From: Octopus vulgaris
Taxonomy: Eukaryota
Assembly: GCA_951406725.2 (NCBI GenBank)
Contig: OX597823.1
Span: forward strand, 106,950,001 to 107,014,000
Reading direction: 5' to 3'
Length of the DNA stretch: 64,000 nucleotides
A model generated the notes under the pieces. The model made no database searches. It saw only the letters and a program-made list of their open reading frames with translations, and had not been told where the DNA came from. A program made the translations under genes and the position numbers. How positions within the stretch are numbered: position 1 is the first letter of the stretch; every line of letters starts with the position of its first letter. Positions 28,702 to 43,102 of the stretch are shown one piece after another.

Positions 28702-30245
28702 AATTCTATACATAAACATATATATATATATATATATACACACACATATGTATGTAAATATATATGTGTGTGTATGTATGTATATATATGTATGTATGCA
28801 TGTATGTATCTATAATTCTATACATATGCGCATATTTACTTTACATACATAAACATATAATCCACCAATGGAAAATGATCAGGTGTGAGATCCTAGTGGA
28901 ATATATAATAAGACGTGAAATACTAATAGATGGTTGGTGGAGAGTTTGGTCGGGATAAAGTGTGAGAGAAGATTTTGAAAAGAGAATACATAATATGCCA
29001 CACTCCACATCCCACCTCGGCACCAACCCCCACACAACTATTTTATATTCGTCTTCCCTTTCTTTTCCAGTTTGCGAGGGGCAGGAGTGTTGCTGGCACG
29101 AGAAGAAAACGTATTTCTACAAAAATGGTTTGTTATATACAATAGGAACATATTGCTCAAATATACAGCAGCAAAGATTAGTTTGTAAAATAAACGGACA
29201 TCATGGCGAGTAGATATGTAAATATTTTCTCAATGAAATAAGCATACATGAATTGCTTTTTATTGCTTTCGCATGTTTTCGTTTTGTTCTCTTCTGTTGC
29301 TTTTCTCTTGCCTTTCTTCGACCTTAAAACTGTTGGATCGCAAAGCCATTTTGTTTTGTTTCTTTTTTCTCTAGAATTATTAGAGTGCTAATCCAGCGAC
29401 CATATTGGATTCGATCGCTTAACAATCATACAGACTTCTTTTAAGATGTTATTTCTTTATTTCTTCGCTATTTCTCTTATTCCGTTTTCCTTTCTTTTTA
29501 TTTTCTATTTTATTGCCTGTTTCTTGTTTTCATATAATTTATTTTCCTATATTTTTATTATTCATTTTTCTTTCTACCCCCTTTCTAGTTGCATCTTTCC
29601 TTCCCTCCTTCCTTCTTTTCTTTTCGTGCGGGTGTGGTAAAAGAGGGGGAACGAATACTTTCTCGCTTTCTTTTGCATTATTCTTTGTTATTACTATATT
29701 TCTCGTCTCTCTCGTCTATCATTTCATCTCTCATTTACCTTCTTTCACCTCTTGCTTTCTTATCGCCATACTTCTCTTCATATTCATATGCATTTTCCAC
29801 CTCCGATCCCCCCCTTCGTACTACCTTCAGTTTTCTTGTTCTTCATTCTTATTTTCATTTCCTTCTTTCCACTCCTCCTCATCACTATCATATCATCATC
29901 ATAAGCAGCAGCAGCATCAATATATCGTTCATCGACTCACTTTCATATCATTCTGTTTGCCCCCACCCCTTCCTTATCAATAACTACATCTTTCAGAATT
30001 TATCTTATCCCTTTCTCTCCGCTCTTTCTTACTCTCCTCCTCCTCTTCCTCCTCCTCCCCTCCTGCTAATTTTTCCTTATCTTTTTTTTGTCTTCCTCCC
30101 CATCTCCACCTTCTACGTCTTTTAATCTTCTTTCTTTCCTTCCACATTCGATTCTCCTCCCACATTAAACTCCTCTTCCTACTCCTAGCTATTCAACCAA
30201 TCCAAACTTTCCTTGATATACATATACATATACTTACATACACGT

Positions 30246-30329
<84 letters not shown>

Positions 30330-30630
30330 ATATATACATGTATGTATGTATGTATGTGTGTATGTATGTATATGTGTATGTATGTATGTGTGCATGTATG
30401 TATATGTGTATGTATAACAAAAATGTCCGCCAGAAGAAAATCGAAACGGTAAATGTTATGGTTACATTAGTCTCCCGTTTGGTTTGAGATTTCCTCATCT
30501 TTGGCTTGTTTATCTCTTATTCTTTACGGAGACAGATGTATGTTTATGCTGAGGCATGCCTGCACTCTATGTCTATGCATTTAGTGATTATTGGACATAC
30601 ACAAACATGCCTAGAGAGAGAGATACATAC

Positions 30631-30675
<45 letters not shown>

Positions 30676-30797
30676 AAAGATATATACATACATAATACAT
30701 TTTATATATACATCTATATATATATGTATACCAACATACGTACATATGTACACATCAGTATATATGTGCGCGTGTGCATACATACATATACGCGTGT

Positions 30798-30845
<48 letters not shown>

Positions 30846-30962
30846 ATACGCATATATGGTACGCATGCATGCACATCGTGCATATATACAGAACAGTAGA
30901 AACATATAGGCTAAGAGCCAAAATGGGAGAAGCAAAGTTAGACTTAAATATACAAGCCGATT

Positions 30963-31038
<76 letters not shown>

Positions 31039-32736
31039 TATAGATAGACAGAATAACTGAGAGAATGATATATATAGATGAAAAGACTGAGTGATTGCTA
31101 GAAAGATACGTGGATATATAGATTTATAGAATAATCGAAAATGTGAAATCTCTCTCTCCCTCCCTCTTTTCTCTTTCTTTCTTTCTTTCTTCTCTCTCTC
31201 TATATATATTTAGAGAGAGAGAGACATACACATATACATACATATACATATACATGCATACACATACATACATACATACATACATACATACATACATACA
31301 TACATACATACATACATACATACATACATACATACATACATACATGCAAACATACATACATACGTACTTGTATGTGCGTGGTGTGTATGTGTGCGTGTGT
31401 ATATATACAAATAGACTGAAAGACAGATAGGTAGACAGATAAAAGACTGGATAAGTAAATGAAATGGCGTTGCTCAGAAGTTGATTAAGAGACGTGAGAA
31501 GACATGTCTTAGAACTAAAAGCTTCCTTGATTCTAAGCCTGCTCTCACTAAATCCTACAGTACGCAAGGTCATAGAACTATTTCCCAATTTCTTCAAGAC
31601 GCTCAACATTTCCGGTGTCAACATTACACAGGGTTATTCGGACATAATCAGCCAAAGACGTAAGTAAACGAACAGTAAAGCACACATATATGTCACGTGA
31701 CAGGATCTAACAGACAACGTTAGCCATCTTCTCTCCTGCTCTCTTCTGATTATTCTCTATATCTTAGTCTTTCACACCAACTGATATATTCTCTTTCTGT
31801 GATTCGTAGTCTGTCCAGCTCTCACCCCTCTCCCTTTCTCTCTTTCCTTCTCTCTCTCTCATTCTCTCTCTCTCTTTCTCCTTCTCTCTCCCTCTCTCTC
31901 CGTCTCTCAGTTTCAGTCACTCACTCGATCTCCCTTACCTTATAACTACGATGTATAAGGCCTCCTCGCTCATTCATTCTCTTCTGGTTTGTAACTACGA
32001 TATCTAAGAATTCCTCTCTCACTCACTGTCCCCTCTTTTTACAATCACTATGTCTAAGCCCCCTTACTATATATACTGTTCTTTAAATCTATGCAATACG
32101 ACACTTAAGTTAGGTAGTTACTTATTGAGTTTTGTTTTACCACACGCTTACCATACCTATCTCATTAACTGCCTGTCTACTTTATGCACCTGCCACAACA
32201 GTCAACCCATCATCATTTTGCAACATCATTCTATGGAAGGCTCATGTTGAAAAAAAATATCTAGGATGTGAAGAAAAAGACCCGCCCAAACGAACCAAAT
32301 GTTGTAAAGACCTCAAAACAAGAATTATTGTAGCTATCTATATTTGAAGGACTTGCATTCCGATATATGTTTTATGGTTTTCAAAATTGCAGTAGCTATT
32401 TGACTCTCTATAAATATCGGTACACACACACCTACACACGGGCACACACACAAATACACACAAATACACACACACACACACGCACACACAAAATTACACA
32501 CAGACATGTAAATGCAGGGAGCGACAGAAAGACAAAGACAGAAAAAGAGGAGTTTTCGGTAGGATGACTCAAACTAATAGGTATGCGTTCTGAGTGCTTA
32601 ACTATCGCATACATTTCCACAATTCTCAACCGATTTTCACCAAACTTTACGCGGTCCATCAGCATGGCCGCAGCCCTGAGCTGAAAAAAAACCACATTAT
32701 TTCTGTCCCAACATTTTGCCCAGAGTAGTGGTAGTG

Positions 32737-32795
<59 letters not shown>

Positions 32796-32799
<4 letters not shown>

Positions 32800-33343
32800 A
32801 GAGAGGAGCGCATGCGGCACAAAGCGATGCGGGCACAAATGTACAAAGCCCAATATACCTTTAATGACTACTCATCTGATAAGGGTACACCACGTACAGG
32901 CATCACAACCATATGTGCGCGATATAGTGATCTCATATCAAGATAAATAGCGTAGGACCTTGTAGGCGGGGCCCAGTTAGAATTTTCTTCTGGTTGAGTA
33001 ACTCATCCCGCTCAAAAGTTCCCTGAATAAGGGTAGTCTAAGGATGTTGAACGAAACACCCATGTTTCCAGAGGTGAATTATTCAAACCCCAAAGAATCC
33101 CTCTCAACACATGGCTATGATGCTCCCCCACTACTGCTCATGATCAGAGATGCACATATTGTCAGCCACTAAGGGACATGCTCAACTGGTTAAGGTCAAA
33201 CAACTGACAAGCAAATCTGTGGTATTGAGCAGAATATTTACTGTAGGCCATCTTTTATACCAAGACAAAATAATGTGCATGATAACACTTCCAATCAGTT
33301 AAGATCAGAAGTTATGATAGCCACTGCCTGGTACTGCATCAAG

Positions 33344-33345
<2 letters not shown>
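32796..33345 (-). mobile_element. SINE/LINE-tail family E
   Basis: 32796-32950 is homologous to 42897-43055. Bounded by (TAG)n and (TTA)n. Confidence 0.75.
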
Positions 33346-33407
<62 letters not shown>

Positions 33408-33573
33408 CATTATTATTATTGTTGCTGTTGTTGTTGTTAATTTTATTCTTTTTCTTTACACGCAAAACCCTCACAACATACATTCACACACACACACACA
33501 CACACACATTCTTAATTTTGTCCTGTTCTGTCCATAATGTTTTTCTTAATGTAAACATTTGTAGTTAATAAAG

Positions 33574-33637
<64 letters not shown>

Positions 33638-34404
33638 TATTATATGGACGAATAGTTTAGAAGGTCGCTTCTGGAACCACGATGACCCGTATCCATCCTC
33701 ATCGTATAAGGCAGAGTTTAATTTCTTTTAAATATAATTGAGTAAACACGAAAACTGTACAGAAACCCGTGGGGGGGATTGTACCTCTAATTTAGAGAAG
33801 AAATCCTTTATCACACACCCTGTATCATGCTTATTCTGCTTGAATTAGGGGAATTCTGTCCGTGCATTTATAAGTTACATATATAAGTTACTCAAAGAAA
33901 ATGTAGGCGGTTTACATAGCTTCAATAAGTCAGAATAGTGTGGTGTGTTGTCTTCGAGCAAGGCATTCCCTTTTCTTTGATCTAATCATCTCGGCTTGAA
34001 ATGAGTACCCACCTTGTGATAATGCATCTCTCTCTCTCTTTATCCCCCCCTCTCTCTCTCTCTCTGCTGCAGTTATAACCATAATATTTTGCTGGGTCAT
34101 GTGTGATTGGTTCTTCAGTGTGCCTCTATCTTCTTGCTACGTACTAAAACATATTATAAGCATTGATATGACACGATGACATTATTTTGCCTGTCAACAC
34201 TTGATATCCCATCATATATTGTCGACATATATTATGCTAATGACTATATTCTGAATACATATCATATATTAATGACTCCATAAGGAATGAATAGATTAGG
34301 AAAATATGTGTATGTGAATAGAGACATGTAGGTATTTATACACACATTGATACACACACACTGATGCACACACGCACACACACGCACACACATATATACT
34401 TATA

Positions 34405-34560
34405 TACGACGGGCTTCTTTCAGTTTCCGTCTACCAAATCCACTTACAAGGCTTTGGTCGGCCCGAGGCTATAGTAGAAGACACTTGCCAAAGGTGACAC
34501 GCTGTAGGAATGAACCCGGAACCAAGCAAGCTACTTACCACACAGCCACTCCTGCGGCTA
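34405..34560 (-). mobile_element. tRNA-derived SINE, family A
   Basis: Homology to the other family A copies. Confidence 0.82.
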
Positions 34561-34564
34561 TATA

Positions 34565-34600
<36 letters not shown>

Positions 34601-34613
34601 TATAACATACATT

Positions 34614-34662
<49 letters not shown>

Positions 34663-35218
34663 GCACACACACACACACACACACAAAGCTGATTATTGGA
34701 GAATAAAAGCAAATGAATAGCACAGTTCTTGAAATTATAGTAACATTAAACTAAATCGAATCATAGGTTCTTTTGACTAAGTTCGATAAGTTATTTAATC
34801 GGCAGTAGACTCTGTCCGTCCTTGCTCAATGGACCGACCCACTCAAGAAGGAAATAACAGGAAAAAGCCATTGTGTAAAAACACCATTTATGATGAAATA
34901 TGGGTGAGATGGAGAGAAGAGCAAGTCTGAAGAAAGTGTCCTACCGATGGGATTTTATCTAAATATAAAGGTGAGTAAATGAAAAATATAATTAAAATGT
35001 GTAACGAAAGTAAATGGAATGACAATAATAGAAAAAGACTGATAATAATAAGAAAATTAGATGTAGTTCTGTAATACAACAACTACTAACACAATTAACC
35101 ATAATGTAGTAGTACTAGTTGTAATAGTAGTAGTAATACTAGTAGTAGTTATAGCAACAGTAGTATTAGTAGTAGTGAAAAGTAAAAATAATAATGATAG
35201 CTGTGATGATGATGGTGA

Positions 35219-35285
<67 letters not shown>

Positions 35286-35317
35286 ACTACTACTACTTCA
35301 ACCACTACCACTACTAA

Positions 35318-35375
<58 letters not shown>

Positions 35376-35407
35376 ACTACTACTACTTCAACCACTACCA
35401 CTACTAA

Positions 35408-35472
<65 letters not shown>

Positions 35473-36051
35473 AAATAACAATAATAATAGTAAATTGATA
35501 ATCTGTGAAGTGTAGCATTAGGGATATAGAGTGATGTCTCAGATCCCATGTGCATCTGTTTCGAAAGATGAAGGTGACAGAGCGACTGGTTGAGAGAGTT
35601 AAGTTTGACCAAATGATGCATACATCATCATCGTTTTTCCTCTGGATTAACACATCAACTCGAAGCAGCAAAAACGAAAGAGAAAAAAAAAAAAAAAAAA
35701 AAAACAAAAAAAAAAGGGAAACGTATTTGAAACTAATCTATTAACATCATTTCGCTGTTAAACTTTTTATTTATTCATTTATGTAACCTTAGGGGCCAAG
35801 ACACGACTTGTAATTATTTAGAAGTCCCGTAACGAGGCCACTTGATGTACATGTGAATGTGTACGAGTGGATGTGTGTTTATATATACTTACACACATAC
35901 ACAGAACCACACACACACATGCATACACAGACACATATTTATATAAATATATACATATACGTACATACATAGAAATACACACATACACACATTTGAAAGC
36001 ATACATGCGTTTGTATACTTATATGTATGTATAAAAGTCTATGTCTATTGT

Positions 36052-36112
<61 letters not shown>

Positions 36113-36125
36113 TACATATATATGT

Positions 36126-36181
<56 letters not shown>

Positions 36182-36349
36182 GTATGTATATATATATATA
36201 TATAAATGTATGTCGATATAAACAATTATATACATATGTTTATATATATACTTATATATATACAAATATATGATATATATATATGCATATATATAGGCAT
36301 ACATACATCTCTATATATACAATATGTACAATATATACATACAAATAAA

Positions 36350-36409
<60 letters not shown>

Positions 36410-36769
36410 GCATGCATATTTATATATGTGTGTGTGTATGTGTGTGTGTGTGTGTCTGTATTAATGTGTGTGTGTGAGTAAAGTGGTAGGAATAATGCTA
36501 AAACAGTCTAAGAGGATTGATAGCTGCCTTATTTCTTTTGTTCACCAGGATGATGTCCCTTGAGGGAACTGTCCAGAAATAATGCAATGGTGATGAAAGA
36601 ATAAAAAGTAACAAACCCAGTAAAAACAACAAAAGAAGAAGTAAAAAAGATAAGGGGTTATCTAGTGTCAAGTGTCAAGATTTTTGATGCAGGAACAAAA
36701 ATGACCAAATAAGGTGTTTCCTTCGTCTTTTCCTTTTGCGTAAGGAGACACCTTCTCCTCCTCTCACTG

Positions 36770-36808
<39 letters not shown>

Positions 36809-36832
36809 AACATATATGCATATATATGTATA

Positions 36833-36906
<74 letters not shown>

Positions 36907-36986
36907 GGGATGAAGAGAAATAGATATATATATATATGTGTGTGTGGATAGGTAGATATATTGATTATAAATAAATGTATATATGG

Positions 36987-37023
<37 letters not shown>

Positions 37024-37195
37024 CGTGTGCATTTGTGTGGGGGAGGTGCGTGCATGCGTGTATGTATTTACAGACTATATTAAATTCTTTTCTAATTCTT
37101 TATCTTTGTCATTTCCACTTATGTGTGTGCCGGGTTTTATATAGATATGAACATATGTATATATGTATGTATTTATATACATATATATGTGTGTG

Positions 37196-37248
<53 letters not shown>

Positions 37249-37258
37249 ATGTGTGTGT

Positions 37259-37312
<54 letters not shown>

Positions 37313-37434
37313 TGACACATGCATACATACACACACCTCCAGCTGTACATGCGCATATATACAGACGCAAATCTCACGTATATATCGAATATAGCTGATT
37401 ATGTGTGCATATGGCAGCATTAAAAACGCATACG

Positions 37435-37465
<31 letters not shown>

Positions 37466-37879
37466 TCAGGAATATATAGTGCAATGGTGATAGGGGCAAT
37501 CATTCTTTTTTTCAGGTGAGAGCATTTTGTATGAATGTTTTGTCACTCATCTTCTTTAAAGAGAGATGAATCTCACCACATTTCTTCATGTACCACCAAA
37601 ATATAGACCCACAAATAGCGTTCAACAATGCATTATATCGTATCATTGAAATATTAGAGTGTAATCACAAGTTTATTTCACATTAATGTAAGCATCGTAT
37701 TCCTGTAAAGTATGCTGTATTTCATATTGGTTACGTTGCATAACTGAAATTTTCTCACTCAGTTTTTCTCATTTATACATCACAAAATTATTCACTGTGA
37801 ATATTGAAATGTATTTTTTCTTTTTCTTGATACTAGCTTTAGCTCAAGAGCTGCGGCCATGCTGGGGTACCACCGTTGG

Positions 37880-39330
37880 CTTTGCTTCACTTTCACTACT
37901 TGAAACCTCTGACGTACGTGGCATTTGGTGAATGAGGGAGTTTGATGTTTCTGCCCCTCATCTGCATTTCCTACCGCAGAACTCTTGACAGGAGGAGATC
38001 GAGTTTTGTTGTGGAGACACTTAGAGCTGCCCCATGTATGTCTCTAAAGTTTTGGGGGGACGATACTGAAGGCCCTTGAAACCCAAACTATTGCAATATC
38101 TGGTCCCGTATCCTGAATGCACAGTTGAGATCTTTGGCATTATACATTGGCGCCCCTTCTATTGGTTGTGAAACACTCAACGTACAAGACTTTCCTGAAT
38201 TTTGCAGTTCTATCTCACTGCATATCTTTGCTGCCTTCATTCTAAGCAGTTGGAGCTTTTTCAACCTCTTCCAGTTGCAAATATGTCGCATTGAGACGAT
38301 CTACTTTCTGTAGCTTCGCTGGATTACTATGACTTCTGTCATTAATATTACACTATGTAGTGACCAAAGTTTAAAGCAGTAATCTAAATAGTTGAGGACA
38401 AATATCCCCCAGACAGCGCTGGATTAAACCTATTAAACAAAACAAAACAAAACCAAAAAACCAGGGGCTTAGGGCATCAAGGGACGGGGGCACCACAGAA
38501 ATGAAAATGGTTTACGGCACGAAAGAAATCACTTTAAACTTGCTAAAATAATATTCCTAATGCCTTATTCCTACTAAGTATAGAAGCAAAAGTTTTACGT
38601 AAAAGTAATTTTTAAAATATCATCGAAGACTTTGCAATAAAAAAATAAAGGAGAAAACTTTTCAAATATAAATAAAGTGAAAGCATACAAAAATCAACAT
38701 TATTTTCCATCTTTTTGTGAATTTTGTGAATTTTGATAGATAAAAAATATTTTATGGTTTATTATCGTTTATATTTTGAATTACTTTTGTTAACATTTTG
38801 AACCATTTACATAGGACCTCTATGCGTTTTAATCCGGCTCTGCCTCCAGAGGACCATTATGGTTTCCTGTTCTCTCGTTCTGACAATTCTAAGGAACCAT
38901 TTGGCCAGCCGCCAGCAATTTATTGCCAACTCAGTAATATACGCCTGTAAAGATTCATTATTATTCATATCAAATCCCAGGTCGCGTCCTGATTTTGATT
39001 CAGGGATTGCAATCCCTCCTCGGCGGTGTATCCTGTCTGCATTTCATTCCGCTTTGTATTTTGTAGTGCAGGACTTGGAATTTTCCAATACCAAACTGCA
39101 TGATTTTTGTCCTCAACCCACGTCTGTACTACGTTTCCAGAGTTCTGCTTCTTCTGAGAGACTTTTGTATGTAAATATTTTGGCTGAGTTGTGATTTCTG
39201 GGTTCAACCTGCATATATTGCTGGCACTCTCAGTTCTTTGTAAGAAATCACGAGAATATTGTCAGATAGAAGGATGTCTATATCATAGAATTTGCTAATC
39301 CCCTTGCGATACGTTAGATGTTATGTTAGT
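37880..39330 (-). pseudogene. Decayed CR1/L2-group LINE RT 3' region, interrupted by a hAT MITE
   Basis: Minus strand reads IRDQIL / SLGFKG (CR1-like C-terminal motif) and QDATWDL (KDLGI-region-like). Multiple frameshifts. Confidence 0.55.
38414..38842. mobile_element. Non-autonomous hAT MITE with 8-bp TSD
   Basis: TIRs CAGCGCTGGATTAAA / TTTAATCCGGCTCTG. TSD CCCCCAGA (38406-38413) / CCTCCAGA (38843-38850). Confidence 0.8.
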
Positions 39331-39403
39331 GATTTTCTGTTTTTTTATAGTCTGGGAGTTGTTTACATATTGTAGAATCATTGCCAATGTATATGTGTGT
39401 GAT

Positions 39404-39449
<46 letters not shown>

Positions 39450-39569
39450 TGTGTGTGATTGTTTTTGTTTGTGTGTGGGAACGTGGGCATGTGCGCGCGT
39501 GAATAAGTTCCTATACTGTGGAGGAGAGAAACAGCGGATACAACTTTCAGATTGATCCTTCTTGGGAGG

Positions 39570-39718
39570 GAAGAGGAGAGAGAGGAGAGAGAGGAGAGAG
39601 AGAGGAGCGAAAGAGAGAGAGGGGAGAGATAGATGAGAGAGGGGAGAGAGAGAGGAGAGAGAGGAGAGAGAGGAGGGAGAGAGGAGAGAGGAGAGAGGAG
39701 AGAGGAGAGAGAGAGAGA
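39570..39718. repeat. Polypurine (GAGAG)n tract
   Basis: Almost pure G/A on the + strand. Confidence 0.9.
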
Positions 39719-40191
39719 ACATTCATTTCTTTCTTATAGGCTCAATGTAGTGATTAATCTATCTGAAAAATGCTGTTTCTTTCTTTCAGGCAAAGGAAGA
39801 TGAAGGTGTTGTTACACTCACAATTGTAAGAGTGTGGTTTCAATTCCTGGAGTGGGTGGTTTGTTGTTTTCTTGAGCAAGTATTTACATTTCGTGCTGCT
39901 CCAATCCATTCAGCTGTAAATGCATTGAAATGGTATCCCATTCCAAGGAAATTATGTGAAGTCGGACATTTATATGCCATGGAAATCGAGTAACCAGGCC
40001 TGAGTTCTGGGACTCGAGACACTAATGCCTAAGTCTTGATGATGAAAAAAGAATAAATTCCAAGAAGTCAGTTCTCTACTTTTCAAAGCATGAGCTTTAC
40101 CAAACTCACCAAATTCACAATGCTTGCTGAGACAAACATCATTACTTTCCTTAAACTCTGTTTATCTTCATCATCATCATCATCATCATCA

Positions 40192-40325
<134 letters not shown>

Positions 40326-40639
40326 TAAATGTAATCAGTATTAGCAATATGATATAGATATTAAATTATTATCATCGTTTGAACGTCTAATTTTCCATGC
40401 TTCCATGATTCAAATGAGACAGATTTTCTATAACCACCGGTTTCTTCTGCGTGTGCGTGTGTGTGCGCACACACACACACACACATATATTTATATACTT
40501 GAAGTATTTGATTAAAATAGCAATGTTCATATACTTAGGCTAAATATATTTACATTATGACAAATTTAATGCGGTATTCGTCCGAGGATGATAGCACTTA
40601 TATATATGCTATGTTTAAAAACAGAAAATATATCGGATG

Positions 40640-41150
40640 GAGACGAAATTCATTCCACTAGTGGCTGGTGAGAACGTGTATCAATAGCGTGTACTCACAT
40701 CCAGTGGAGCATGTCAGTCGTTCAGAGGAGAATGTCACTGTTCTCCAAGGCAACACAGGCTAGCAACCACCGGATGCCCAACCAAAGAGAAAGGATCTTA
40801 ACGACACAGGCGCTTCTAGCTAAATGTGTTTGGAAGAGGATGGGTTACCTGTGACACATGGGAACTATGGAATGCTTCAGTGCGAGGGCTTCGCTCTTGA
40901 AGAGAGTCTCGGTGTTCCCGATGTGCTTTATCTTAATAACAGGGTCTATATCTGTCCATATTTCTTTGGGAACTCTTTCCACACAGTTGTACGTTGCCGG
41001 TCCAGGACATAAATGTTATCTAACATGAAGCGATACCCCACATTCTTCGAGCAGCTGTTGCCAAAACCTTGGCCTTGGATGTCAATTTGTGCTCTCCTTC
41101 AATTCACTTTTGTAAGCTGTCTCGTCTATATCAAGCATACCTTGCAACCA
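40640..41150 (-). pseudogene. Decayed RLE-type (HERO/NeSL-like) non-LTR relic
   Basis: Minus-strand fragments TVWKEF, LLR*ST and PMCHR resemble the WKEL / FLLRS.YD / CPLC region upstream of the RLE domain. Confidence 0.4.
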
Positions 41151-41639
41151 CTGTTTTGTTGTGGTTATTCTTGCTTTTGTTGTTGATATTGTTCTTTTTG
41201 CTGCTCCTGTTACTGATGGTTTTGCTGTCGCTATTGCTGCTGTTGTTGTTAATTTGCTACTGCTCCTGTTGCTGTTATGTTATTGGTGTTTTAGATTACT
41301 AATTGCTGCTGTTGTTTTTGTTGATGTTCTCGTGTGAATGCTTTCTCGTGGAATTGGTAGTGGTATGAGATTTTCCTGTTACCTCCTCGTCGAATCAGAT
41401 TGCGGGCGTTACAGATACCATAATTCCAAACAAAAAAAAAAAAACAGAAGAAAGAAATATTACAAAGACCGCTTTCATAAGGGTACAATTTAGCATTTCC
41501 CATCTTCCAGAAGGGGATCTTTATCTACATTTTTTTTTTAAATATGAGAGTAAACAAAGCAGTTTCAACAAAACCTAGAAACCTTCGAGAGCTGAAGCGA
41601 CTTACGCACAATACTAATAACTGTTCTGTTTTGTTACTG

Positions 41640-41815
41640 ATATAGGCACAAGGCCTGAAATTTGCAGGACGGGGACATTCGATTGCATTGACCACAGTAC
41701 TTTATTTTATCGATCCGAAAAGAGTGTAAGACAAAGTTGACCTCGACGTTATTTGAACTCAGAAAGATAAGAGTTTTGTCCGATGCGCTAATGATTCTGC
41801 TAGCTCACTACCTTA
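41640..41815 (-). mobile_element. Diverged SINE family C
   Basis: GGCACAAGGCCTGAAATT...AAAGTTGACCTCG...TTCTGCTAGCTCAC. Confidence 0.7.
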
Positions 41816-42074
41816 ACAACAACAACAACAACAAAAAGAACAACAATAATAACAGCAACAACAACAATAACGATAACAGCAACTTTAAATATCAGTCTAG
41901 AAAATGTCGTTAATATATTTTTTTTAAAAAGAAGCAGATATACACATTTTATATAAAATGTATTCAATGAGTGTCTTATGTAAAAATTGATTTTTTTTTC
42001 ATAGTCATCAGACATTGGAGCATTATATGTCTCTGTGTAAATATGTGTGTGTGCGAATATATATGTCTGTATAC

Positions 42075-42129
<55 letters not shown>

Positions 42130-42896
42130 TGTGTGTGTATAGTTGTGTGCGTTTGTATGTATCTATATGTGTGTGTTTATGTGTATACCTATGTATATAG
42201 ACGCAGATATTTTATATGCAAGTATATTTCAGAATAGAGTGATTGGAGTGAGTAGATGTAAAAGTCTTGAAATCTATATGACAAATTACCTGGAACTGTC
42301 GAAATGGCTGGCTGACAGCTACCAAGTGGTATTGATTGGCCTTCTTTCATTTTCCTTTATATTAAATTCGTTTTCATCGCCACCATCACCATTACAGCAA
42401 CATCACTATCACCATCATCATCCTCTTTTTCTCAATTCATCATCATCATTGCCGACATTACAATTATTGCTTTCTTTCTTTACTCTCTCTCCCTTTTGGC
42501 TAATGTCATATTCGTAATTTAATATTGAGATTATAACTACGACAATGAATTTAACCTCAATACAACCTATGATAATTTTAATGTGGCTATTATGTTGTTG
42601 TTGTTGTTGGTACCCTTGTTGTCCTTTTGGCATAGTAATTATTCCTAGCAGAATCCTTTACGCGTCGGACAAAAAGCTCAACTGTATTTCTTCCGGTTCT
42701 TTACATTCTGAGTTCAAATTCGCTAAAGATGACTTTGCTTCTCATCCTCCCGGGGTCAATAAAGTAAGTACCAACTGAACACTGGGACCGATCGATTGAT
42801 TAACATCCTCACACGAAATTTCCTGAAATCATTTACATTATTGTTATTATTAACAACATCATTCTCATCAACATTATTATCATTATTATTATTATT

Positions 42897-43054
42897 GAGT
42901 GAGAGAGCAGTGCATGCCATCATAGTGACACTGGGGTAAAATATACGAAGCCCAGTATACCCATCATGACTACCCGTCTGATAAGGGTACACTAGGCACA
43001 TGCATCACAACCATATGTGCGCGACATGGTGATCTCATATCAAGATAAACAGCA

Positions 43055-43055
<1 letters not shown>
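42897..43055 (-). mobile_element. Family E 3' fragment
   Basis: Homologous to 32796-32950. Confidence 0.75.

Positions 43056-43102
<47 letters not shown>

Noticed and set aside
31565-31602. Minus-strand hammerhead-like GTC-TTGAAGA..GAAA-TAGTTCTA
   Set aside because: No stem II and no proper NUH/stem I junction.
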